From the NCBI GenBank assembly GCA_000934665.2, contig JYFJ02001995.1, positions 1 to 64,000 of the forward strand: a stretch of DNA of 64,000 bases, given 5' to 3'. Both the position numbers and the translations under genes were made by a program. Position 1 is the stretch's first letter. The number at the start of each line of letters is the position of its first letter. This document shows positions 37,301 to 50,600 of this stretch, one piece after another. Source of the DNA: Catajapyx aquilonaris (lineage: Eukaryota). The notes beneath the pieces are model-generated. The model was not told the origin of the DNA. It saw nothing but the letters and a program-made list of their open reading frames with translations, and did not search any database.

Positions 37301-40300
37301 AAGGGGAAGAATAAATGGAACACTTACTAGCTGAACTTTCATCTGGAAACTCCTGTTGTGTCATAGTGAAAGAAAAGTGATGTACCAATAGCAGAAAGAA
37401 TTGAAAAGCGAATTCACACATGCCATTTTGAAAAACACGCGCACACTAAAATTACACCTCAAAATTGCTCGCCACGTGCAAATTACTAGCACCCATAACA
37501 CTAAAAATCGGCTCGTTAATCCCTGGGTATTAATTTCCAAATTAAGTACGTTCTATTTCCGAACCAGGACGTGTACCTGGCTCCCCCCCCCAAAATTTTT
37601 TTTTTTTGATTCGGAGAGATGAAGCAGAGAAGCGATGGTCCCCTGAGCGCAACTCCGTCACCTACAGTAGTCCCATGGCTGATGGCACATGCGAATGGTA
37701 GGCGAGCATTCAACTGCAACAGCCCTTGAATGCCAGGGGTAATTAGCGCAGTTCCCTGCCTCCCCTGCCAATATTGCATCATTGAAGGGAATGAACAGAA
37801 TTTGGACGCCAAATGAGCATTCCTAATGAGTGGCGATCATATGTGCCAGTTACAATTGTGCAGAGTACGTGTGGGTGGAGGGTGGATATCACGTGCCGAA
37901 ATGAACAAGCATTAATTTCCAGCCCCCAAAAAGGATGAATCAAAGCTGATGCTGGACATCACCCATGTACCGCTGGTCCTCTTTTTTTTGTGTGTGGGCT
38001 AAAATACATGGGGGGGATGGTGCCAAGAATGCCAAATGCTGCGTGTGGTGGCAGTTTCCTTCACGCTGCCTGATTCCCATAAGCCACTCAATATTAGCCT
38101 AATCTATCTCCGGATCGAGAGAGTCCAGAGCATGGGGAGTGGGGGGGTGTCACGACTCGCCTACTGTGCTGCTGAATGGATGGATTCCTCTCCCCGATTA
38201 TTGTTGGATGAATCGCTTGCGTCCGGATGGTGGAGCATACAGCATGTCACTTCCGGATGATGACACTAATGTGCTGACGGATTTCCCAGCTTATTGGCTT
38301 CCTCTCCCTGCTCGCCGCCTGCACCGATGCCACGCAGAAAGGAGAGGAAAAAAATGAGGGATCAACAATGCCCCTCCGTTTATTACAGGTAGCCTACATA
38401 TACCCCAACAGAATATTTGTCTGAAGCTAACTCCTGTAAGGTGAGGGTGGATGCCAATCTAAAGGCGTTTGCTTTTAAACGCAAGCCATATATTTCGATG
38501 GTAAGGGGGTCTTCCTCGTACCTGTTTGAATAATTCAGTAAAAATCCAATGGCGGCTCGATCGAACCTGTGCCCTAGAGGATAACAAAAGGGATGAACAC
38601 CGCCGTTTTACTGGCTCCTTCAATGCTGCCAAGCAATTCGAGACCGATGACAGAAGCACAACCTCAGCCTTCCCGGATTCACAAAATACAACAGCGACTC
38701 TTTTAATATAGTGACGGTTCCGTATACTATGCAAGAAATCACAGGTTCACCCCCCACAAAATATACAACCAAAGTTTGAAATTAAAATCCGAGGTCTTAT
38801 ATGCAAATAAAAATGCCGGCAGTAAATTGTGTCACATCATTAGCGCGTTTTTCCCTCCTCGTTTTTCACCTTGGATTCCGGGGGACCCCCCTCCAAAAAA
38901 TGACAATTACATAGTATTAAGGTCCTAATGAGGCTTCATTTTTTGACAAGACGGAGTTGATTTTGGTCGTTCGACATAGGGCTGTGGGAGCCATTAGAAG
39001 AACATTCAGTGGTGTGTGGTTCCAGCTCGTGGCCGTATAAAAAGCGCAATCCGGGGGTAGGCATCAAGAGCCCAAGGAATCCGGGATGGTAGAGGGGGGG
39101 CAGCATTAGCGATCGGGAAGCCCCTTTGGGATTGGTTGGAAAGAGGAGGGGGGAACCCCCGGAAAATAATCTGCAATGCGAATGCGTAAAGTGCAGCCAG
39201 TGTGAACAAGGCAGACGGAGGGCAAATACTAATGAGAAATAATTTGCAGCTCTAGGAGAAAGTTGCGATGTGATTCCCGCGGCCCCCACCAGCTTTCTCC
39301 TTTTCCTCTAGCTCTCGCTTCACTTGCTGCCACCGCTGGCTGATGCTTTGCAAACATTGCGAATTAATTTCAATTATCAGATGAATGGCTGGGGTCCTAA
39401 CTTTGACGGGAGGAGGCTATAGCTAGAGGAAAGTCGACAACACAAAATCAACACTGGATAGGATAGGAGTGGCATTAATTAGGGGCGAAATGGCAGCAGG
39501 GGAGGGTTTTAAAAAAAATTCGGTGCAAAAAAGTATAATAAATGCTCCAATTTCGCATTGGAATAATTCAATGTTTTGATCAGGACGCGGGGCTGATGGC
39601 AATACTAATACTATTGTTACAATACTCTTAATGAACATATTCATTACCATCATTCTTCGTCAAAAGCTGAATGCATTTCAGTTGGTGCATCTGATGATTA
39701 ATGAGAGCGCTGGTTTTAAATAATTAATGCTTAATTGGACGGTTGTGCCTTTGTGTTTCATTCGTCCAACGTTGCATTCTTACCCATGTTGCTGCTGCCC
39801 CCCCCGAATGGAAACATATAACGTGTCACTGCACTCACTGCAGAGCACACAAATATCACTGCACGCTATTCCTAAGTGAAAATTTGATTTTACCAGGTCC
39901 AAAGTCGTTTAGTTGGAACCCATGGCATCGGGACCCAGCAAAAAGTGTTGTGGTTTCGGAATTTTGTGTAATACAACATAGCTCCGTCGGAGGCTTTCCT
40001 CAATAATCCCAGAATTCTGTGCCCCCAAGAGGTCCTGGGTCCCAACTGCGATGATCATCAGAATTAACGTCGTCCCTGGGAAAATCTAGGACACGTCTAG
40101 CAAGTCACCTTGCTCTGATCCCTCTTCAAATTCTAATCCCGGGCGAATGATAAAATAATGTCATAACATCTCTCTTGTCAGAACCCTACCAGGTCCTTTC
40201 CTTTTCCCTCCCATCCAAATGAGTGGGGTGTCAGGTTGGTTGGCGGACCCAAAATCGTTTTATCTGATTGGCTGTCACTTGGGTCCCCCCCCCCCTCTCT

Positions 40301-40942
40301 CTCCCAGCATTATGAAAAGGAGATGAACCCGAGACGATGGTACTGAGAGGAGAGGGAGGTAGATGCTGTGTATAATATAGGATGCAGTGTGTGGCCAAGG
40401 GGAATCCGGTGATTGCCGTTGGACCACAGGGATCAGGGCTCTCAGATGCTGCTCCGGACCCGGGGATCTCGTTACCGCAAGATGTTTTATATGAAACAGC
40501 TTGCATGTGGGGAATGCCAAGGACTCGGCTTCAAGTGGGGAGAGGCTGGGAAAAGGGAGGGGGAAGGGAGGATCAAATGCATGCCGCGAAACTCTAAGCT
40601 TGCTCCCTGGCTAATTTCAGCAGACCACTACTTTGCTGGCCGCATGAAAAAGGGGGGGCCCCCCTAAATAAATGACGCTTCATTTACGGACACGATGCCC
40701 AGCCCGCTTCTGCTCTCATTTATTAATTGCGAGGCCAAAAGGAAAAGGGCCCCAAATTGATATTCATTTTTGACTAATCGTCTCTGGCATAGTGGGAGCC
40801 AAATATGCAGCTTGTTGATGAAATATTTCAAGAGCAGGGATGCCACGCAGATTTGTTGCTTGTTAACGTACTGAGTGAACCCTTCAAACATATGATTTCA
40901 GAAATAAATATAGTGTATAAAATGTTATTAAAGTCTGGGCTT

Positions 40943-41197
40943 GAAAGGAAACCATACAAATGCAATTTAAGTGAGAAATAATGCAAATTCAAGTGAAGGA
41001 AAAATCATACAAATTCAATTAAAGGGGAAAATCATACAATTCCAATTGAAGTGAGAAATAATGCAAATTCAAGTGAAGGAAAATCATACAAATTCAATTG
41101 AAGGGGACATAATACAAATTCAACTGAAAGGAAATCATACAAATTCAATTGAAAAAACTCATACAAATTCAATTGAAGGGAAAAATTACACAGATTT
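40943..41197. repeat. A-rich minisatellite, ~23-25 bp x ~10
   Basis: Consensus approximately GAAGGAAAATCATACAAATTCAATT, with a longer block (AAGTGAGAAATAATGCAAATTCAAGTGAAGGAAAA) occurring twice. Confidence 0.9.
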
Positions 41198-44100
41198 AAT
41201 TAAAATTTGTGCAACCACTTAACAATGAATATTCTAAATAAACAGTAAAATATGTAAATGCAGCACATTTTTAAAATATTCCGGTCGGTCATTGCACTTC
41301 ATGAATTCGAACTCGTTTAAGCTACATTTTTGCGGTTCCCCCTTCAGTATATTTACCCACTGGCCGAGTCACTGAATCAGAAGTCTATTGTCCATAGCTA
41401 GCCAGATAAAATAGAGCGGGGAGGTCCAGCAAAATTGAAAAATTAGGCACTGAGTAATTGGCCATCAAATATCTGTCAATCATGGGGATTGGCAATAAAT
41501 AAAAAAGCAGGGCGGATCGACTTGACTCTCTGAACATGGAAAGTACGTCTGCCGATCACCTGCGTGTCCGACATTGACAGTCATTCAATCAAAGGCTGTC
41601 TTCTGGACAAATCTATCCCCCCAAGTAGATTGGGATCGACAGGAACGTTCCTTTTTATGTCTATCCGATACGGAGTATGGCTTCGGATGGTACACTACTT
41701 CACTTAATGCACGCCAAAATTGCAGGGCCTTACACTGTGTTTTATACCCGTCACTGAAATAAGGTTCACTAGTCGTTTCTGCAAAGAGTAGGGTCGCCGC
41801 ATGGTGGATGGAAACAAAATTAAAATTTAATTAAGCCCCATAAATTTAACAGGTCTCGAAATTAAGACTACATATGACACTCCCGTTTTCACTGCAAGGG
41901 CTCTCCATTTAATTAAATTTCGTCATTGTAAATATTTGCCAACAGCCCCGGGGAAGCTGCGTAGAAAAGTTTTCTACTGCGGGGCCCTTGCTCATCGCCC
42001 CTTCCTTGCGTCCCCCCTTCTTCTCCCAAAAAGAAAAGAAGAAGAAAAAATGAGGAACAAGAGGGATTTGCAGAGTTGACACAATTACCGTCAAAGTTTA
42101 GATTGAGCGCTAAAAGCCCTAAAGACTCATTATCTTTTGGCTTCCTTATACACATGTCTTAGCAACAACTATACAGTATTTACCAACACTAATAATGTCA
42201 TTGAGTGTAATACAGTAAAAAGCCGAATTGTCTACCCAAAGTTGAGAGAGTACGATGAATGATATTGGGGTGGGATAGAGAGTAGGAAAAAGTGCTGGGA
42301 TCATCAAGCTAATGAAAAGGCGAGGCCGGGCAACTGCAAGCAGACTAATTCCCCCAAAGCGCAAACACTTGCTCGAAGGACAATCGTGGTGGGGGTTGGG
42401 TATAGAGAGAGGGAAGCCAAGTTGGAAAACAAGCCTTTCGACTTTTCTTCCATCATTTCCAATTGATTTGTGTGTGGGGAGTTTGAGAGAGGCTTTTTTT
42501 TTCGGTGACGAAGCACTGGGCTGGGCACGCTGACATCAGCTGCACTTGTCAAAGCGCGCCAACCGAGACAAAGGACAAGTCCAGCGACTGGCCTGCCCTC
42601 TGACAGGAGATAGAACCAAACTTTTTTTATTTTTTGGATGAGACATGGATGAGACGCTTCTGGACTTATATCTGGGGGAAAAAAATTGGAAACACTAGGA
42701 CAGTGCCAGGCCCCCTTTTCTATTCGGTAATGACACCCAGAATTAAATGGGGTACCTATATAGGAAAAAAGGGGCTCCAGTGCGCGAGAACCAATTTTGA
42801 AAGAAGCTCGCTGGCTTCCGGTTGATGAAGCCTGTCTTCGCGGAGAGGAAATTACATTGTGATGACTGATGACACGAACGATTTTCACTGTGTGGGGGGA
42901 AAAGGAGAGACTCTGCAGTGTTGAGGGGAGGAATTGTGGGGAGGAGCTGGTTTCGCTGACAGTTCTTTCAAAGTCGCGCCCGTTTTTTGATCTAGGTCGG
43001 GGGTGCAGCACTGTTTCAAAAGACTTTGTTTAGCTGGCGGAAAACTTGCTATTCACTTGGGCGGCAATCAACTAGACAACCCCCCTCTCCCCTTTGCCTC
43101 AATTGCATTAGACGAGTGCTATCTCTTGATGAGGCGAATGGAACTCATAATCTCATTTTGTCATGGGGGTCTATCAGCCGCGAATTGTGCTGCACTCTCT
43201 CATCAAAACGGTGTACAGTGTGTGTACAGTCAAATAAGTTTTTCAATGGAAGAGATTATCGGAGATTGTGCTAGCAAAAGGATGGGGCATACAAACATGG
43301 TTCAATATGACAACAATAGGCGCACCTCTCTCATGCAAGATCAATCAGGTTTGCATAATAGTCTATATCGTGGGCATGAAGGAGAAATCTGCAATCCATT
43401 GAGATAATCCAAAGCAAGGATTTGACCTTCCCATGCTTACAAGTGAATGCAAAAAAATGCTGGCTTCCTGGCTCATTACTAATTTTTTACGATTAAATTG
43501 AATTCGCCATGTAATCAAGCAGAACAAATGCTATTTAATGGTAGAAATAACGTATAACCAACAAAATTGGACTTTTTCTCCACAATATATTCCTAAAATA
43601 TACAATGATACACCTTCATAAAACTTCATAACGTCATAACCTGCAGTAATGTGATCCATTGTCGTCAAAATGCATCCCAAATAGCTGTGTCGTACGTTCT
43701 AAATTATACACCATGCATCTGTGTGTACGCTCCGTAATTTTTTTTGTTGTTTTTAGCGACGCGATAAATATTTTGCTCCCTCCTTTTACAACAAGCGGTG
43801 TTTAGCTGCAGCAACAATCGGCTCGTTTCAGAGGAACCACATGGTCGGTAGAATGGCTTGTTGAGGCAGGTTGCGTTTCAAAATGCGGATTTTTTTGTGT
43901 GTTGGTTACGCCTACGCATATTTGACTGAAGTGTTGACTGCATAGGAAAACATTTGAGCTCTGTTGAAAGTACATATTTGGTTACAACAATAAAAAAATT
44001 ACAGCATATCCACCATAACAAAGGGTTCATATGATGATCATGCTGATGGTGTGGATTTTCAGGGATTGCACTTGGAAAAATGGGGGCTTTCATGAAATCA

Positions 44101-47100
44101 TCTCCCAAAGGACACCTGAATCGGTTAGTCTAGAGCAAGCTGCTGTTTTTTTAATCATTTAAATCCTTGCGTGGATGTGATCCTGTTAACTATGTTACTC
44201 GCTGTTCCATTCACAAAATTAAGGCAGGCAAATCAGACGATTGCAAAGGAGATAAGCATAGATGTGTGTCACAATATGGTCAATTTCCTAATGAAAAAGG
44301 AGTGTCGATATTATTATTTAACGGTGCTGATATCTGCAATATCACTCACATGCAATAAAACCAACTTGACCATATTTCCTCAATTAATATTAGCAAAAAA
44401 AATACTGCTCTCTTTAGTGTAAATAATGGCTGCAAGTAAAGCCCGGCACACTCGCACATTAAGAGAGAAAAAAACGTCACGGGTTCAATGAGAGGCATGA
44501 CTAATGAGACGTTTGCAAATGCGAAAATGCGATGCCATAGGCGGGGCTAAAGTAATAGACTGTCGTGCCGATGAGGACGCGGGGGTTTAATCAGACTAAA
44601 AAATGAGGAGCACATAATACACGGACACCATTAACGACCAACCCATATATAGTGATTTTCTAATTACGACCCCTAGAAATTTATGTCTTAATTTAGAGAG
44701 AGGGAAGCAATGGTGATAAGTCTGTTTAATTTTTTTGCAAAAAAAAATGTGTGTAAGAAAAACGCTGTTTTGTCCCCCCAAAACAGGGTTTAGGCTAAAT
44801 TTGTTAGGGCTTTATTGATCTTCAATATTGTTATTTACTCGCGAATTGTTTATTTGATACACACGCAGAGGGCTCAGGGGCTGGGGCCTGTGATGACCGT
44901 CGCATGATGGCTTCATTACTGCCTCTGTCACTTGGAATAATTTTAAATAATTTAACCATTATGCGGGGGGATCACGCTCGGCAAATACAGCCAGCCTATT
45001 GTATACATTTCTGGCTCGGGTCCTCGTTGTGGATTTGTGCAGGATTTTGTTTCGAGTGAGCGTGTGATGGTGTGGTGGATTCCATCCGTACTAAGTCTGC
45101 AATTATTTAAATGTGGTAGCACTGCGTACGAATCACTGTAAATGGGATCATGTTTAGCAGCTGCCGTGTTGCACATGCACAAACAGCCCAACAAAGCTGC
45201 AATTTTTTTAGCCCCCCCCCCCTCCCAAACCCATCCCATAGGGCAGGCTTCATTAATGTGCAGCACCCTAGTTGCTATCATTTTAACGCGATTTTGGCCA
45301 GTCGGAGCACATAAAGTTTTCAGCTCCCAACCCTGGACTCCAGGCTTAAAAACAGTGTTGAAATTAAATCGAATCAACACATATGTGTCCATATAAGGAA
45401 TCCCTCTGCCCCGTGAGAGGATTGATAAATGAGGGTGGTAACCATCACCCTGAGCCGACACGAAATGGCCCAACTGACAAATATTTTTCAAACTTATCGC
45501 CCTCCTGACACGTTAACATCGTTTACACGCAAGAGGAATCCCCCCTCTCTCTCATTTCATAATGATGCCGGACGGCCACTAATTTGTTTGGGAGTTTCAG
45601 GTGTGCATTAGGAGGATGGGCTTGGATTTACTGGATTTTGCTCCTGACCAAGGAAGGAAATTACCCCCGATACATTATTGGTGAGGTGTCCAACCGAATT
45701 TGCAGGCCAGACCAGGAAGACTCAGGGAGCTTGGAGTGGGGGAAAGCCAGTGGGCTGGCCACCATCCAATTTACAGTGTTATTGCTTTGAACAGGTGCAC
45801 AAATTTTTACCAGCTCACAAGCCTGCAGACCAAATTCAGCATGTAAATTTATTTATTTTTCTGTACCCGCTACGTTTGGTATTGGCACCACTGATTCAAG
45901 CGGCAGTTACTTTTATTTCCCCCACCATCGAATCCTTCTCAAAGACCACTTTTGGAAAAGCTTGCCGCCAGGTCCCTGCAACTACCACCATCGTCACTAA
46001 GCGCAAAACAAACCAAGTCCTTCTCCCTCCACCTCTTTTCCCCCCTCCTCAAAAAGCCCCCACTTTGGCTCCAGACCATTTGCACGATCCTTTCAGCACT
46101 CGAAACGAGAGAAAAGCCCTTCCCAATCGACGTCACCATTACCCATCAACCATTTCCCCATCTCTCACCGGAGGCCTTTGCCGCCTGAAAACTCTTATTC
46201 ACAGTCACTTTCCTGCCACGCAGACTGTCCCAATTGGACGAGCTGGATTTTCAGTCTCATTACTCCTGCTCCCACAAGTTCTAATAATCCTTTTCAGGGA
46301 TTTGGAAAGGGAGTGAATTCCTGGAGTCCCAAAAAGATAGTTCCATTTTTTTTTTTTCCTTTTCCCTCAAGTACTTTCTCTCTCTCTACAAAGAAATTAT
46401 TTATTCCTGTCCTCTTCCCATGCAATCGCGCTGCCATTACAGGAGCCCCGCTCGCCTGATTAGGAAATGTTGAATATTACAGCAGGACCATCAAGTAATT
46501 GCCATTATCCTCGGCCTAATCATTGTTAATGAGCAAGTCGGAGATATTACGGCGGGGATAATCAGTCGCTCCAGATTGGCTCCCCCCCGCTCTATTCCCA
46601 GTCTACGCCTCAGCTTTTTGGCGAGAGTTGAAATTTCACTTTACCACATATTCGACTGAAGGGGGGGGGGGGGGGGCTATATTATGTAGGATGGGAGGTA
46701 TATATAGGCTTTTGCTGATTTCCGGCTCCAGTGAACACGAGCACGTTATGAGTCTGAGGCAATCAGTGTGTAGCAGGTTAATGAATTGACGGAAAAGGTC
46801 GAGTGGTAAAAAGACAGCCGGAAATTGCACCAAATATGGTACAGAATGTCATTAAATGTTACACTCGCGTCGAATAACCATAGGCGTAAATAATAATGTA
46901 GGATTTTTCTAGTAATTTTCTTACTTGAAAGCACATTATGCTGAGACGATCCGCACAAAGCCTTTGCCTTTCCTATCCTTAGTTTCTCAGCTTGGTTGAT
47001 TACTATTGCGGGCGAATCTAAAGTGTCGTTCTTTTGAGAGAAGCAATCCGTTTCGTCTGCATTGTTAGGACGGCGGCGCCTGCTTGTGCGCGCAAGAGGT

Positions 47101-47610
47101 GCGGAAAATATTAGTCATTTAGTGCAGCCAAGAGCGGAATGAGCTCGACTTTTCCTCTCTTCTTCTTCGTTCTCTTCTTCCGTTTTTTTTTAAAGGGGGG
47201 AAAAACGGGAGGGACGGAGAAAAGACAAATGGAATGGACGTCTCGAGCGGCCCAAATCGGAATCTGGGTGAGGGTTCCAAAGAGGCAAAATCTTCCGGAA
47301 TGAAGGCGGCAAGGGAGAGCTCCTTTTTCCTGTTCCGAGAAACACTTTTGTATCGCCTTTCAGCTTTAGTGTTTTNCCCCCCCCCCCCAAAAAAAAAAAA
47401 AACGAGAAAGCGACAGATTGTCTCCGTGTGTCTGTCTCCAAGTGTGACTCTCAGAGAGTAGCCGGAAGATATCATCCTGGGGGGTGGGACACTGTCAAAA
47501 TATTTATGATATAATAATTCGTACTCATCACAAAAATTCAAAACTGATACAACTGTGATGTAATAGCATTATGATAGAATCCAACATGTATATGCTATGT
47601 GCGGGTTTTT

Positions 47611-47636
47611 TTTCATCCTAGCATGATGCAACCCAA
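47611..47636 (+). repeat. Dispersed 26-bp repeat (copy 2)
   Basis: Identical to 7165-7190. Lies between CACTGTC at 47490 and TTACAGTG ending at 47780, which may be element termini. Confidence 0.85.
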
Positions 47637-50600
47637 ATCACATTGTACTGTATACAATTTCTACACGGTATTTCCTTCGACAGCAGCCAATAAAATACCA
47701 CTAGAAGTATATTTTTAGTCATCCTTCAGGCAATATCAGTGTCAAAAACTACGAACAATGTTTCATCTAATATTACAGTGCAACTGCCTGTTAAAATTAT
47801 ATTGGTAAAGCTGTCCCAACTTGTTAGTTGCATATGTAATACCGGACCACAGCATGCACGACACATGCCCAGAAAAAAAATGCAATAAAATGACCCCAAA
47901 AAAATAATCTTGCCACTGCTTAGTAGCTCATGACACCAGATGTGGTAACCTACATACACAAAGTAGTCAAAAAAAAAAAAATCCACTCCTCTCTTACAGG
48001 TCAAAACCCAGCCCAGACCCAACCCCGGAACAAGTCCCAGGCTGCGACAGGATTTTACAACGCTTTAATTGTTGGGACGAATGGTAACCAGGCTGCAAAT
48101 TTTCGTGACACTAATGAATGAATGAATGAAAAGCCAACAAAGTGGTCATTTTAATGGCAAAACCGCCTGCATTTTATGGCATAATAAGGCCTTTATGGTC
48201 CTTGACTGAAAAGTATGATCCATAATAAAGCGCTGCGGTGTGGGCGGGGTGGAGGAAGGTTTTTTTTTTCCGGGAGGCCCAGGGGGAATTTGTGCAGACT
48301 TTTGGGTGCGACAGGTTATATGGGGAAGAGGGGGGTGGAGGGGGGAAGGGGGTAGATTTCTAACGCATCAGGAGATCTGATGTGCCACACACGACGCCCA
48401 GTCGGCAAACAGCCCAATTACGATTATACCGCCCACATATATGGTCGCATAAATTATAATGTAACAAACGCCAAGCCATATTCTAAATGAATTGGACCCT
48501 GCTGACAGGGCCCGTTTGTCTAACTCTCTCACTCGTAAATTCACACACAAGATCCAACTGTGCCTGCAGATGAGTCAAACTGCAGACCGTGCTAATTACC
48601 ACCGCACATTTGGCCCTTCTTTTGCAAACTGGAGCGTACATGCTGGTTGGATGCGCATGTTAGGAACATCACTAAATATCATTTTCAAGAATGTAACATT
48701 TTATTACATACTAAAACTTGGCAACACTGCCCGACTCGCCACAAACTTGGACCAGATGACGCAAATGCTCCCTCTCTGCACAGTACTGCCTCTATCGGGG
48801 GGAAAGTAGTACTACATGCACGTTGGTCAGTCACAATATTCTAGCCAAATTTTATAAGGCATTTATGTGGAAGAGAAACACTATAGCAGGGGACTCGTTC
48901 TTCGCACGGTAATTGATAAATAAATAAATACGTAAAGTAAAGAAATCTGTGCCACAATTTCTGTAGATGAGCCACCAAACATCATTTTTAAAAACTTTAA
49001 AAAAATCCTAAATTTTGGGTATTTAGACTGAAAATATTGCGGACTTTTTCCTGAATCAACGTCTGTGACACGTTTCAGTACTCAGAACTCTGCAAGTGCG
49101 TTAGATAGCCGTGACATATACATAAATACCAACAAACTTTTTGATTTATATAATTACTGTACCCTATGTAAGATTTGGTCAGTGACCAGCTGAGTCCTTT
49201 TTTTCTTCTCAAAGAAATTCCCAAACGCATTGCAGTTGGGCGATAATGTAGGAATGGGGTCGGAGTTAGAGAGCCTTTTGGGGTGCTGGCCTGCCGAAAA
49301 GATTGGCAGCTACAATTCCAAGGCAGACGGTTTGATAGCACCCCCTCAAGCAGGTCACCTTCACCCCCCCTCGAGCCCCCAACCCCCATAAAACATTAGG
49401 ATTGGAGTGGCGAATTTTGGATCTGCCCCTGGGCCCAAAAAAAACCCCCGCGAAAATCCCCCCAAAATCCGTTTCCATCTCTGGGAAGCTAGCTGGGCTC
49501 GGACCCTTCGTCATTCCTCTGCTCTCCTTCTGGACCCGCCAAGGGAAAATCTCATTTCGTACACGTTTAAAAGTGCTTTACGGGTTCTCAGAGCCGACGC
49601 GAATTGGCCAAATTAGCTCCTTGGGCACCACCCCCTCCCCCCTTTCTGTTTCCTTGCACGTACAAAAAGCCCTCCTCATATTAAAAACTAGGGGGGGGGG
49701 GGGGGGGGGAAAGCCAGATGACCAAATCTGCTGAGAGATTACGCGGAATTGAATTTTCAAACTTCATGACTTATATCCGGGGAACGGGCGCAAAATTCAA
49801 ATGTCTCAATTTTGGGCCTGTAAAATGCCAAGCAGTTATTTCCCAGAGTGTATGGGGGCCAAATGCAAATGCAAGTCTGCGCAGTTAGGGTGACGGGCTA
49901 ATGAGAGAGACTAATTGAAGTAATTGCTAGTCGGTTTGCTTTACTAAAAGTTCATTAATGGAAGTAAAGGAGTGCAAGAAGATCCAGCCAGAGTTTGAAA
50001 TCCATTATGAGATAAAACGAGGAGGGGGTTTTTGGGCTCAGAGCTTTTTGGAGGATTCATCCGGCCCCCACATTCTCTTGCAAAGGAATAGAATCGAGCA
50101 ATATCGATGTGCTGACAGATTTTTTTAAATTGATAAATTTTAGAAAATAAATACTTTCCCCATTAAATCTTACAAGTAAATAAAACATCATCGTTACGTA
50201 CATATTGAAATGTGATTTGCTCACGATATAAAAACTGGTGTGACCATTTTCCGAGGAGTATGCCATTATTCCTGAATTAATTATCAGAAATATTACTGCA
50301 TTACGTCATACTGTAAAAGTGGAAAAATACGCCCTTCGTTCATCAAACATTTTTGGAGGCAAAAACCCCAGACCTGTCCATGGCAAGCATAATCTCGCCA
50401 ACCATTCCCTGGAGCTAAATCTCATAAAATATGAAACACCTATAAGCAAGAAATGCGCCTAATTAATAGCCCTTCCCATTTCACAAACGTGATTTCCGCA
50501 GTGTAATACCGCATTTAGTTACGCGCCGTAAAGCAGTTTTGCTGTTAAAACCGGGCAGTAATCATGACATTGTAGGACCATGGCCCCCCCATGCTAAACA

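Noticed and set aside
42304..43011. 235-aa minus ORF
   Set aside because: Non-ATG start, crosses homopolymer runs, no domain or convincing splice boundaries.
45678..46316. 212-aa plus ORF
   Set aside because: Pro/Leu/Thr bias explained by C/T-rich DNA; non-ATG start; no recognisable family.
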